The position numbers and the translations under genes were made by a program. Of a DNA stretch of 64,000 bases, positions 40,002 through 49,079 are shown in pieces. The notes beneath the pieces are model-generated. The model searched no databases. It was not told the DNA's origin and saw only the letters and a program-made list of their open reading frames with translations. Source of the stretch: Oceanispirochaeta sp. (GTDB lineage Bacteria; Spirochaetota; Spirochaetia; DSM-2461); assembly GCA_963666275.2 (NCBI GenBank), contig CAXXOA010000001.1, positions 864,001-928,000 of the forward strand, in the 5' to 3' direction. Within the stretch, counting starts at the first letter, position 1. Each line of letters opens with the position of its first letter.

Positions 40002-40352
40002 GTGATGAACAGCAAAGGAAATGAAAGGAAACTTCTGGCGCCCTGTGATATCTACAAGGACGAGGAAAAGATTGTTTTGCGGATGGAGATGCCCGGTGTG
40101 ACCAGAGAGGGACTGTCCATTCAGGTGGAAGGAAATCTGCTGATTGTGGAGGGACAGAAAGAGAACCCTCATACTGAAGGGGAGTATCGGGTCAGGGAAA
40201 TCCTGCAGGGAAATTACTATCATGAGATAACCCTGGATAACACGATCGACCGCAACAGCATCGATGCAAAACTGGAGAAAGGGATACTGATCCTTGAAAT
40301 GAAACTACAGGAATCACAAAAACCCCGAAAAATCACAGTAAAAGCCAGCTAG
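40002..40352 (+). CDS. Hsp20 small heat shock protein (short partner)
   Basis: EMPGV, LEKGILIL and PRKITV motifs; AGGAGG RBS. Confidence 0.9.
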   Translation: MMNSKGNERKLLAPCDIYKDEEKIVLRMEMPGVTREGLSIQVEGNLLIVEGQKENPHTEGEYRVREILQGNYYHEITLDNTIDRNSIDAKLEKGILILEMKLQESQKPRKITVKAS

Positions 40353-40359
40353 CGTCAAT

Positions 40360-40380
40360 GGCCGGGTTCTCCCGGCCTTT
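40360..40380 (+). terminator. Intrinsic terminator
   Basis: GGCCGGG-TTCT-CCCGGCC-TTT. Confidence 0.7.
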
Positions 40381-40506
40381 AATTTAGAAATAATTGGTTA
40401 TTTCAGAAAAAAATAATTTCATACTTTGATAAAAGTGGAAAAAAATAGGGTAACCTAGCCCCGGGAACGTTTGTTTTATAATTAAATATGAATCATGAGG
40501 TGAGTC

Positions 40507-42027
40507 ATGAATAGAAAATTACCATTTTTACTGCTTATTACAGCATTTTCAGCCGTTCTGTTTTTAACAGGACAGGGGAGCACCGAAACAGCTCCTGCAT
40601 CTCAGACACAATCATCTGTATCGACACAGAATTCTTTCTCTTCAGAACCACTTGATCTGGAGGAACTGAATGAAACTGGTATTTACTCCCTGCAGAAAGC
40701 ATTTCAGCAGGTTGCCGCCAGTTCCCTGCCCTCTGTGGTGGAAATTAACGTTGTCGAAGTCGTGCAGCAGACCCTTTCTCCCTACAGAAATCCGTCAGAC
40801 CTGTTCGGACAGCTCTTTCCCTTTATGCAGCCCCAGACTCCCGATGAACCCAGGGAGCAGGAGTATAAAAAGCAGGGCCTCGGGTCAGGTGTTATTATCA
40901 GACGGGACGGCAATACCTATTATGCGGTTACCAATAACCATGTGGCGGGAGAGGCCGATGAGATTAATATCCGGCTGTATGACGGCCGAACCTTCGAGGG
41001 GAAACTGACGGGAAATGATCCCCGTACGGATCTGGCTCTTGTCGAGTTTGAAACAAGAGAGGACCTTCCTGTTATGGATATGGGCGACTCGGACTCTCTG
41101 ACTGTGGGCGATATTGTCTTTGCTGTGGGAAACCCCCTGGGTTTTGAATCCACAGTGACCCAGGGCATCATAAGCGCTCTGAAAAGGAAAGCCCAGGCGG
41201 GAAGCGATATCGCGGATTTTACCGATTACATTCAGACCGATGCGGCTATCAACCCGGGAAATTCCGGAGGTGCCCTTGTCAATCTGAGAGGGGAACTTAT
41301 TGGACTCAATACCTGGATAGCCTCCAACAGCGGCGGCAGTAACGGACTGGGTTTTGCCGTCCCTGTGAATACGGTAAAGCGGGCGGTTAATGATTTTATA
41401 GAACACGGAAAGATCCGTTACGGCTGGCTGGGTGTTTCGATTTCCGATATCAGCGAGAGGAACAGCGAGGACCTGCGGGATGACCTGGGGCTGGGGGACA
41501 GGCCGGGAAGTCTTGTTCTTCAGGTTTTTGAAGGATCTCCTGCAGATAAGTCCGGTGTTCTTCCCGGGGATTTTATCTACCAGGTGGAGGGCATGGACGT
41601 TACGGACAGCGATAACCTGACACAGATTGTGGGAATCCATGATCCTGATTCCACTCTGAACTTTAAAGTCATACGGCAGGGCCGGTCTCTCGATCTGGCA
41701 GTGAAGCTGGAAACCAGAGACGAGGAATCTGTGCAGGGCGCTACAGCGCTCTGGCCCGGACTGGTGGTTCAGCCGCTGAATAAAGAGATCAGAGATCAGC
41801 TTGATCTGAAAGCTCTGCAGAAAGGGCTTGTGATTACCAACGTTCTGCAAGGGGCGAAAGCCGCTGACGCCGGTCTGGCTCCGGGGGATATCATCACCGA
41901 AGTGAACGACAATGCGGTTTCAGATCTGAGGGATTTTTACAGAGCACTGAACTCCACTGAGGACGGACAGGTTCTGTTTACTGTTCTCAGAAACGGAAGG
42001 GAAATCCTCCTGGGTATGAAACGCTAG
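40507..42027 (+). CDS. htrA: HtrA/DegP serine protease with two PDZ domains
   Basis: GLGSGVII, TNNHV, DLAL and QTDAAINPGNSGG; two PDZ domains. Confidence 0.95.
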   Translation: MNRKLPFLLLITAFSAVLFLTGQGSTETAPASQTQSSVSTQNSFSSEPLDLEELNETGIYSLQKAFQQVAASSLPSVVEINVVEVVQQTLSPYRNPSDLFGQLFPFMQPQTPDEPREQEYKKQGLGSGVIIRRDGNTYYAVTNNHVAGEADEINIRLYDGRTFEGKLTGNDPRTDLALVEFETREDLPVMDMGDSDSLTVGDIVFAVGNPLGFESTVTQGIISALKRKAQAGSDIADFTDYIQTDAAINPGNSGGALVNLRGELIGLNTWIASNSGGSNGLGFAVPVNTVKRAVNDFIEHGKIRYGWLGVSISDISERNSEDLRDDLGLGDRPGSLVLQVFEGSPADKSGVLPGDFIYQVEGMDVTDSDNLTQIVGIHDPDSTLNFKVIRQGRSLDLAVKLETRDEESVQGATALWPGLVVQPLNKEIRDQLDLKALQKGLVITNVLQGAKAADAGLAPGDIITEVNDNAVSDLRDFYRALNSTEDGQVLFTVLRNGREILLGMKR

Positions 42028-42044
42028 GGCATTTCCCTTCAGGG

Positions 42045-42073
42045 ACGGCAGGGCTGTTTACTGTCCCTGCCGT
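42045..42073 (+). terminator. Probable terminator hairpin
   Basis: ACGGCAGGG-11 nt-CCCTGCCGT immediately after htrA. Confidence 0.55.
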
Positions 42074-42256
42074 TCTGATCCTGCCATATTATGACATTTG
42101 AATCTTTGTCAGGTCCTACAGATTTCGGGTCCTGCCAACTTAATCCTCTTTTCATCCTGTAAATCGATAAAAAAAGATAAATATTACTGAAATAATCACT
42201 TTTGCATTTCTCCCTGTTTTAAATGATAATTTTATTTATGAAAATAAGGGGGTCCT

Positions 42257-44422
42257 ATGCAATTCAAATCATTAAAGACCAAAATTGTCATGATGGCAGG
42301 TATTTGTTTGATTTTTACAGTTGCCATTCTGCTGGGTAACCAGATTATTTCCCAGAGAAGCACTCAGGAAACTGTTAACAACCGTGTGGATGAGTTGATC
42401 GATAAGCAGACCAATGATGTGTTGCTTTTTACAGCTGAGAGCAAGGCGGAGTTTATCAATTCCAAACTGGAAGCAAACCTTCATATTGCCAGGACAATAG
42501 CAAACTCCTTTATCGCCATAAGAAGCGATGAGGATCAGTATAGAAATTCCAATTTGAGAAAAAATTTTATCGAGCTCCTCTATACGGTGCTTGAGAACAA
42601 TCCCACTTTTCTTGGGGCCTACAGCGCCTGGGAACCCAATGCTCTGGATGGGAAAGACGAACTCCACAAAAATGATGCCGATCGAAGTCATGATGAAACC
42701 GGCCGGTTTGTTCCCTATTGGAACAGAGACCTAAACGGGAACATCGCCCTGCAGGCACTGGTGGAATTCGAGGATGCCTCTCTTCATCCCAATGGCATTA
42801 AGAAAGGCGGCTGGTACCTGAATCCGAGAGAGACAGGACGGGAAAATATCCTTGATCCCTTTCCCTACATCATTCAGGGGAATACCGAATGGCTGACAAC
42901 CATGTCTATCCCCATTGTGATAGACGGCAAATTCATGGGTGTAGGGGGAACAGACCTGAGGATCGATTTTATTCAGCAGTTGAGTGAGGAAGTCGCCTCC
43001 GGTTTGTACGACGGACAGGCTACGGTTGAAGTTATCAGTTACCTGGGCATTGTTGTTGCCAACAGCACAGATCCCGATGCCATCGGTAAACCCCTAAAGG
43101 ATGTCTCCTCCGATGACTGGCGTGAGACCGTAGATATGATTCAGGCAAGCGAAACATATGTCGATATGGGCAATGATACAGGGATTGTGAAAGTCCAGGC
43201 ACCCATCCGTCTGGGTAGGACAGGAACACCCTGGTCCATAATTATCAAAGTCGACAGGGATATTGTTTTTTCAGAAGCCATTCAGCTCTCTGCTGACATG
43301 CAGTCTGATTCCAACAGAACCATTGTCTCTGGAATCATTGTGGGACTGGTTATATTCTTTATAGCCTCAGCCCTGTTGTGGATTCTGGCTTCCCGTATAG
43401 TTCTTCCCATACAGAAAGCCCTTGCCTTTACAGAAAAAGTCTCCCAGGGAGATCTGACCAGCGAAATAGAGATCAATCAAAAAGATGAAATCGGCACACT
43501 GGTTAATGCACTGAAAGAGATGCAGCAGAAACTGAGAGAGTCGATCATCACCATTATGCACTCTTCCGATCAGGTACTGAAGGGTAGTAATGATATCGCT
43601 CTCAGTTCTGCGGCCATTTCCTCCGGAACAAATGAACAGGCCTCTAATATGGAAGAAGTCTCAGCCTCAATGGAGGAATTGACATCCAATATTCAGCAGA
43701 ATACAAATAATTCCCAGCAGTCCAATGTGATGGCCCAGAAAGTGACGGAAGACTCCGTAAAAGGCGGGACAGCTGTGGATGAAACCGTTGAAGCCATGAA
43801 AAATATTGCTGAAAAAATCACAGTCATAGAGGAAATCGCCCGGAATACCAATCTTCTGGCATTGAACGCCGCCATAGAAGCCGCAAGGGCCGGTGACGCA
43901 GGAAAAGGTTTTGCTGTGGTTGCCTCGGAAGTCAGGAAACTGGCCGAATCCAGCGGAGCCGCAGCGAAAGAAATCACCGAGATTACACGGACCAGTGTTT
44001 CCAGAGCCATCGAAGCGAAAGACCTGATTGATCAGATAGTGCCTGCAATGAAAAAAACAGCCGATCTGGTAGAAGAGATCACCATGGCCAGCCAGGAACA
44101 GAATAAAGGATCTGAACAGATTAACAGTGCCCTTGTACAATTGGATTCGGTAGTACAGCAAAATGCCTCAGCTTCCTCAGAGATGGCGACTATGTCGGAA
44201 AAAATGAAATCAGAAGCGGAAGCCATGAAAAAAGCAGTCACCTATTTCAGGATAGGAAAGGATACCGGCAGGAATCTTCAGATAGAGAATAAGAGTCATA
44301 CCGTTAAAAAAACTCCCATTGTCCGCAAGAATGAGAGTGTGATGAGAGAGTTGCCCGAACCGGAAATGGTAAATGAAGACACAAGCTCATACAGGGAAGA
44401 CTCTGATTTTGAGGAATTTTAA
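42257..44422 (+). CDS. Methyl-accepting chemotaxis protein with Cache sensor
   Basis: [21 protein letters not shown] signature and a C-terminal DFEEF pentapeptide. Confidence 0.95.
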   Translation: MQFKSLKTKIVMMAGICLIFTVAILLGNQIISQRSTQETVNNRVDELIDKQTNDVLLFTAESKAEFINSKLEANLHIARTIANSFIAIRSDEDQYRNSNLRKNFIELLYTVLENNPTFLGAYSAWEPNALDGKDELHKNDADRSHDETGRFVPYWNRDLNGNIALQALVEFEDASLHPNGIKKGGWYLNPRETGRENILDPFPYIIQGNTEWLTTMSIPIVIDGKFMGVGGTDLRIDFIQQLSEEVASGLYDGQATVEVISYLGIVVANSTDPDAIGKPLKDVSSDDWRETVDMIQASETYVDMGNDTGIVKVQAPIRLGRTGTPWSIIIKVDRDIVFSEAIQLSADMQSDSNRTIVSGIIVGLVIFFIASALLWILASRIVLPIQKALAFTEKVSQGDLTSEIEINQKDEIGTLVNALKEMQQKLRESIITIMHSSDQVLKGSNDIALSSAAISSGTNEQASNMEEVSASMEELTSNIQQNTNNSQQSNVMAQKVTEDSVKGGTAVDETVEAMKNIAEKITVIEEIARNTNLLALNAAIEAARAGDAGKGFAVVASEVRKLAESSGAAAKEITEITRTSVSRAIEAKDLIDQIVPAMKKTADLVEEITMASQEQNKGSEQINSALVQLDSVVQQNASASSEMATMSEKMKSEAEAMKKAVTYFRIGKDTGRNLQIENKSHTVKKTPIVRKNESVMRELPEPEMVNEDTSSYREDSDFEEF

Positions 44423-44440
44423 AAAAGGGTTTACCGTAAA

Positions 44441-45604
44441 ATGATCAATCCTCTGGAATTAAGGAAATTCGTCGCCCCCGAAGTCATATCAGGAAAAGGG
44501 AGTCTTGAACTGGTAGGTCAATATGCCAATATGTTCGGGGGGGCTCATATCTTTCTTGTAACGGATCGAAATATTCAGAAATGCGATTGGTTTAGAAAAA
44601 TTCTTCTATCCTTTGAACAGAACGGGATTCGGGTTTCACTTTTTGATGATGTATCGGAGAATCCCAGAGATTTTCAAATAATGGAGGGCGCATCGGAATA
44701 TAGGGATAACAGCTGTGACATTATCGTTGCTGTCGGCGGAGGGAGCGTCATCGACGCTGCCAAGGGAATTGGAATTGTGGCAACCAACCATGGTCATATC
44801 AATTCTTTTGAAGGGGTGGATCAAATAGAGAATCCCATTCCTCCCCTCATCTGTATTCCTACTACCTGCGGCAGCTCTGCTGATGTCAGCCAGTTCTCCA
44901 TAATTAATAATACAGGGGAACAAAGGAAAATAGCCATCATTTCAAAGGCTTTGGTTCCGGATATTTCCCTTGTTGACCCCGTCCCTCTTTTAACCCTCAA
45001 TAAGGAAGTCCTCGTGTCTGTATCCCTGGATACTCTGACTCATGGGATTGAGGCTTTTGTTTCTACGGCCAGTTCAATCTTGACAGACCGTCATGCGGTG
45101 GGAGCCATTGAGCTGATAGCGCAAAACCTGATACCCGCCCTTTCGGATGTATCCAATCTGGAGCTTTTAACAAATCTCATGTATGCCTCGCTTGAAGCGG
45201 GGTTGGCTTTTTCCAACGCCAGCCTGGGACTTGTACATGCTATGGCCCATGTTTTAGGAGGCTTCAAGGATTTTCCTCATGGCGTCTGTAACGGCCTGCT
45301 GCTGAAAAGTATCTGTGAATACAATTACGACTCCTGTCCGGATAAATTTGACCGTATCACAAGCGTATTGGCCACGGCCCGGGGCGTAAAAGCGCAACCA
45401 GGTCTTGATAGTCTGAACCGGGAGCTGGGAGCAATCATAGAGAAAACCGGAATAACCGGGAATCTGAGTCAATTCCATTTAACAAAATCTGAGTGCCGTA
45501 AACTGGCCGGGTTTTCTCTACAGGATGTCTGTAATGCCACAAACCCCAAAATGCCAACATTAGAAGATATTGTAGAACTGTATGAAAGAACATTTTATAG
45601 ATGA
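44441..45604 (+). CDS. Iron-ADH-like protein, ErcA-type
   Basis: LRKFVAPEV N-terminus, GGGSVIDAAKGIG, PTTCGSSADVSQF and FSNASLGLVHAMAH; overlaps the downstream kinase. Confidence 0.85.
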   Translation: MINPLELRKFVAPEVISGKGSLELVGQYANMFGGAHIFLVTDRNIQKCDWFRKILLSFEQNGIRVSLFDDVSENPRDFQIMEGASEYRDNSCDIIVAVGGGSVIDAAKGIGIVATNHGHINSFEGVDQIENPIPPLICIPTTCGSSADVSQFSIINNTGEQRKIAIISKALVPDISLVDPVPLLTLNKEVLVSVSLDTLTHGIEAFVSTASSILTDRHAVGAIELIAQNLIPALSDVSNLELLTNLMYASLEAGLAFSNASLGLVHAMAHVLGGFKDFPHGVCNGLLLKSICEYNYDSCPDKFDRITSVLATARGVKAQPGLDSLNRELGAIIEKTGITGNLSQFHLTKSECRKLAGFSLQDVCNATNPKMPTLEDIVELYERTFYR

Positions 45605-47189
45605 TGAACACAGAAATGAAATCCGTAAAAGGGTCATTGGATTAGGCGATAAGAGTTTTCATAAAAACTACTATAGTACTCTTAAGCATTCCGTTGCAGA
45701 ATTGGAACTGTTCCGATCGGTTCTGGAAGAAATTTCAGATATTATCCTCATCATAGATGAAAATGAGAGCATCATTGATCTGAATCAATCCGCTATCGAT
45801 TTTCTGGATAGTCAATACAGTCAGATTAAAGGAAAATCCATTGCCTCATTTGAGAAACTGCCATACAGGCGCTTGAACAGCAGCTCCGGAAAGTCCATTC
45901 AGATAGAGGACCCGGGAGTATATAAAGAGAAGAAGCACTTTTTGTTCTCCATAAAAAAGGTCATAATTTCCGGGGCAAATTATAATGTAATCATTGGAAA
46001 GGACATCACCCTTTTAATCCAGTCTCAGGAAGAACAGGAACGTGCGATGGAACAGCTTCATCAGATTCAGAAAATTGAATCAGTCGGACAGTTAGCCGGG
46101 GGGATCGCCCATGACTTTAACAATATCCTGACCAGTATAATAGGCGCCGCCTCCCTTTTGAAGCTGAACGAAAACGACACGGCTTCCCTGAATCATAAAT
46201 ATATTGAGATGATTCTGGAATCTTCCAGTAATGCCGCTGATCTTATTTCAAAACTTATGTCTATAAGCCGTCGGGGTGCTTCAAAATATGAGTTTTCCCT
46301 CAGTGCATTGATCCGGGAAACCCTGGACATCCTGGAGCATACGATCGATAAAAAAATCCGTCTGGTTTTTGATGACTTATCGACAACTCCTGATATTGTG
46401 GGTGACAGATCGCGTTTTCACAGTATACTGCTCAATCTGGGCGTTAATGCCAGTCATGCCATTCATGAATCAGGTGAGATCCGTTTTGAGCTGACCAATG
46501 TACATCTGCGAAAGGAGTACTGTACAAAAAGCCCGTTTCCTATCCAGCAGGGGGAGTATCTGAAACTGATTGTTCAGGACACGGGAAAAGGTATCCCTGA
46601 GGAAATCCTGCCCAGGATCTTTGATATTTTTTTTACCACAAAAGAGGCGGGGAAAGGAACTGGACTGGGTCTGTCATCGGTAATGAAAACTGTCCGGGAT
46701 CATGAGGGGGAGATCCGTGTAGACAGTAAAGTGGGAGAAGGCACCACATTTACCATTCTTATTCCGGCAGCTAAGGCTCACAGGGACAGGAATTTTTTAG
46801 ATTTAAGATTGGAGTCCGGTACAGAAACGATACTTTTAGTTGATGATGAAGATTTCAACAGAGATCTGGGATATGAAATACTCCATTCCCTGGGGTATAC
46901 AGTCCTTCTTGCAACTAACGGTCTTGAAGCGGTAAATGCCTTTGCGAAGGCTCAGGATGAAGTAGAACTTGTAATCCTGGACATGAATATGCCTGTTATG
47001 GACGGCAGTGAGGCATATAAAAAGTTGAAAAAACTAAACCCGGCAGTAAAAATCCTTATAGCCACCGGATTTGTTGATAATGAAAAACTTCAGTTATTAA
47101 GTGAAGATGGAATGGCTGATATCATTGTAAAACCCTATAAAATCGAGGAGATCAGCACAAAAGTACGAGAACTTCTTGATAATTCCTGA
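45582..47189 (+). CDS. PAS hybrid histidine kinase, ErcS-type N-terminus
   Basis: [17 protein letters not shown] motif, PAS, AHDFNN, HATPase and REC. Confidence 0.88.
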   Translation: MKEHFIDDEHRNEIRKRVIGLGDKSFHKNYYSTLKHSVAELELFRSVLEEISDIILIIDENESIIDLNQSAIDFLDSQYSQIKGKSIASFEKLPYRRLNSSSGKSIQIEDPGVYKEKKHFLFSIKKVIISGANYNVIIGKDITLLIQSQEEQERAMEQLHQIQKIESVGQLAGGIAHDFNNILTSIIGAASLLKLNENDTASLNHKYIEMILESSSNAADLISKLMSISRRGASKYEFSLSALIRETLDILEHTIDKKIRLVFDDLSTTPDIVGDRSRFHSILLNLGVNASHAIHESGEIRFELTNVHLRKEYCTKSPFPIQQGEYLKLIVQDTGKGIPEEILPRIFDIFFTTKEAGKGTGLGLSSVMKTVRDHEGEIRVDSKVGEGTTFTILIPAAKAHRDRNFLDLRLESGTETILLVDDEDFNRDLGYEILHSLGYTVLLATNGLEAVNAFAKAQDEVELVILDMNMPVMDGSEAYKKLKKLNPAVKILIATGFVDNEKLQLLSEDGMADIIVKPYKIEEISTKVRELLDNS

Positions 47190-47203
47190 TAATGAAATCT
47201 ATC

Positions 47204-48937
47204 TCAGTTCGGAGGAGCCGATATCCTGTCTCTGCCATTTTTTTTCGCCTGATATAGATAAGAATCAGCCCTTTCTATCAGGTCTTCCAGGGATTCTCCT
47301 TTTTCCCTGATAGCCAGGCCACCGCTGATGGTTTGTTTTTGATTTCCCATCTCCCGGGAAAAATCGATATCGCGGATTCCTGTTGCCATCCTGTCGGTTA
47401 GCCCCCTTAAATCACAGTTCTCTTCGAGGATCAGGAAAATAGCAAACTCTTCGCCGCCTATTCTTACGGCAATATCACCGGTTCTGAGTTTCTGAAGAAT
47501 GGATTCGGCGGTTTTTTTCAATACCTGATCCCCAACAGGATGACCGTAGGTATCGTTGACTTTTTTAAAGTGATCCAGGTCGAGCATTAAAAGAGCCAGG
47601 CCATTGAAAACCCCTCTGTCATGATGGGAGAGGAGCCGGGGGATCGTTTCATTCATAAAGGTTCTGTTGTAGAGACCAGTCAGATTGTCTTTGATGGACA
47701 TTTCATAAAACGTCTGTTTTTCCGCATCCAGCTGCTGCTGTATCAGCTCTCGTTCAATGGCTATACTCAGAGGGAAGGTCACTTGATCCAGAACAGATCT
47801 GGTTTCTTCATCCAGTTCGACGCTTTCTTCCAGTTTCAAAAGAGCGCAGCAGGAGAAATCTCCCGACTCAGGATTGGTCAGGGGAAGAACAATGGTATTA
47901 TCAAAAATCCGGTATTTTCCGGAACACATTTTATCGCTGGCAACCATCTCTTCTTCCCATTTTTTTTCCGGTTGAAAGAGGGTTCCTCTATAGCGGTTCT
48001 TCTGTTCCAGAATCCTCCAGGGTGCATTTTCCCTATGCACCAGAAAACGGAGTTCACTGGCAGGAATAATTTCCCTGATATGCTCAAGAAGGTGTACCGC
48101 AATAGTATCAAAATATTTATATATGACCAGGGTTTCCATGAAATTGTTCATAAACCGGTTCAGCTGGGACAGTTTTTTCACTTCAGAACTTGTCTGTGTC
48201 AGGAGATAGATGCCGCAGTCCATATCTTTCATCTGATCCAGAATAAAGGGAATCAGATCCTTCCGAATGATTGAACCATGCTGGGGGAGAATTCTTTCCA
48301 GAGACAGGGTTTCAAATTTTCTGATCGTTGTAGCCAGTATCTCCCTGGAAGGCATATAGTGTTCATGAAAGAGTCTGATGGATTCGAGATAGGATCTATC
48401 CTCAGCGAACAGAGAAAAACCTTCTGTAAATCCACCCATCAGGTCGCTGGAAAAAAGAGACTGTGATAGCGGATCGTAGGTACAGAAGGCTCCCGGGAAG
48501 TGAAGATAGGGGGTGAAGATAAAATCCAGTTCTCTCTCCCCGGCTTTCAGCTTCCAGTTAAGCTCCTCCACGCACTTCAGGGGCATCTTCAGATCCAGAT
48601 GCTTCAGCAGGGCAATTGCTCTCCAGTGGCTGAGAATCACCGCATCATCCCTGCAGTTCAGCTGGTCAATGATCTCCAGGGCACCTGTTATATCAGGGTC
48701 CTGATGATGGACAACAAAATAGCGAATATGTGAAAAGGGAAGGATCTCTTCTATTTTCGAGAAACTCTGTCTGAATGTCAGCCTGGACCCCGGATCAAAG
48801 AGAATGGAATCTCTTCCATTTTCTATCAGGTATGTGTGGCATTGAAAGGGATCCCCTTCTATATAGTGACCAACCCACCAAATCCGGTCGGCCAGTTTAC
48901 AGGGCTTGGAATAGTCCACAGGTTCAGTAATTTTCAT
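47204..48937 (-). CDS. MBL-fold (ODP-like di-iron) sensor fused to GAF-like and GGDEF domains
   Basis: HHQDPD, HFPG, SSD and PQHG metal ligands; RTGD..RIGGEEF. Confidence 0.85.
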   Translation of the reverse strand: MKITEPVDYSKPCKLADRIWWVGHYIEGDPFQCHTYLIENGRDSILFDPGSRLTFRQSFSKIEEILPFSHIRYFVVHHQDPDITGALEIIDQLNCRDDAVILSHWRAIALLKHLDLKMPLKCVEELNWKLKAGERELDFIFTPYLHFPGAFCTYDPLSQSLFSSDLMGGFTEGFSLFAEDRSYLESIRLFHEHYMPSREILATTIRKFETLSLERILPQHGSIIRKDLIPFILDQMKDMDCGIYLLTQTSSEVKKLSQLNRFMNNFMETLVIYKYFDTIAVHLLEHIREIIPASELRFLVHRENAPWRILEQKNRYRGTLFQPEKKWEEEMVASDKMCSGKYRIFDNTIVLPLTNPESGDFSCCALLKLEESVELDEETRSVLDQVTFPLSIAIERELIQQQLDAEKQTFYEMSIKDNLTGLYNRTFMNETIPRLLSHHDRGVFNGLALLMLDLDHFKKVNDTYGHPVGDQVLKKTAESILQKLRTGDIAVRIGGEEFAIFLILEENCDLRGLTDRMATGIRDIDFSREMGNQKQTISGGLAIREKGESLEDLIERADSYLYQAKKNGRDRISAPPN

Positions 48938-49079
48938 ATAGATTACTATAATACATTACCGGCCCGACTGCCTTAAAATTGAAGAAGTCCTTCACGAGAA
49001 CTTCAGATTCAGTTATGGAAAGAAGCTCTAATCTATATTATAAAAAAAGAAGGAATACATTTGTCTATTTAGGAGCCCT

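Noticed and set aside
40885..41850. 321-aa antisense ORF (likewise 60341-61285 and many shorter ones)
   Set aside because: These lie opposite htrA or kinase genes and are best explained as codon-bias shadows.
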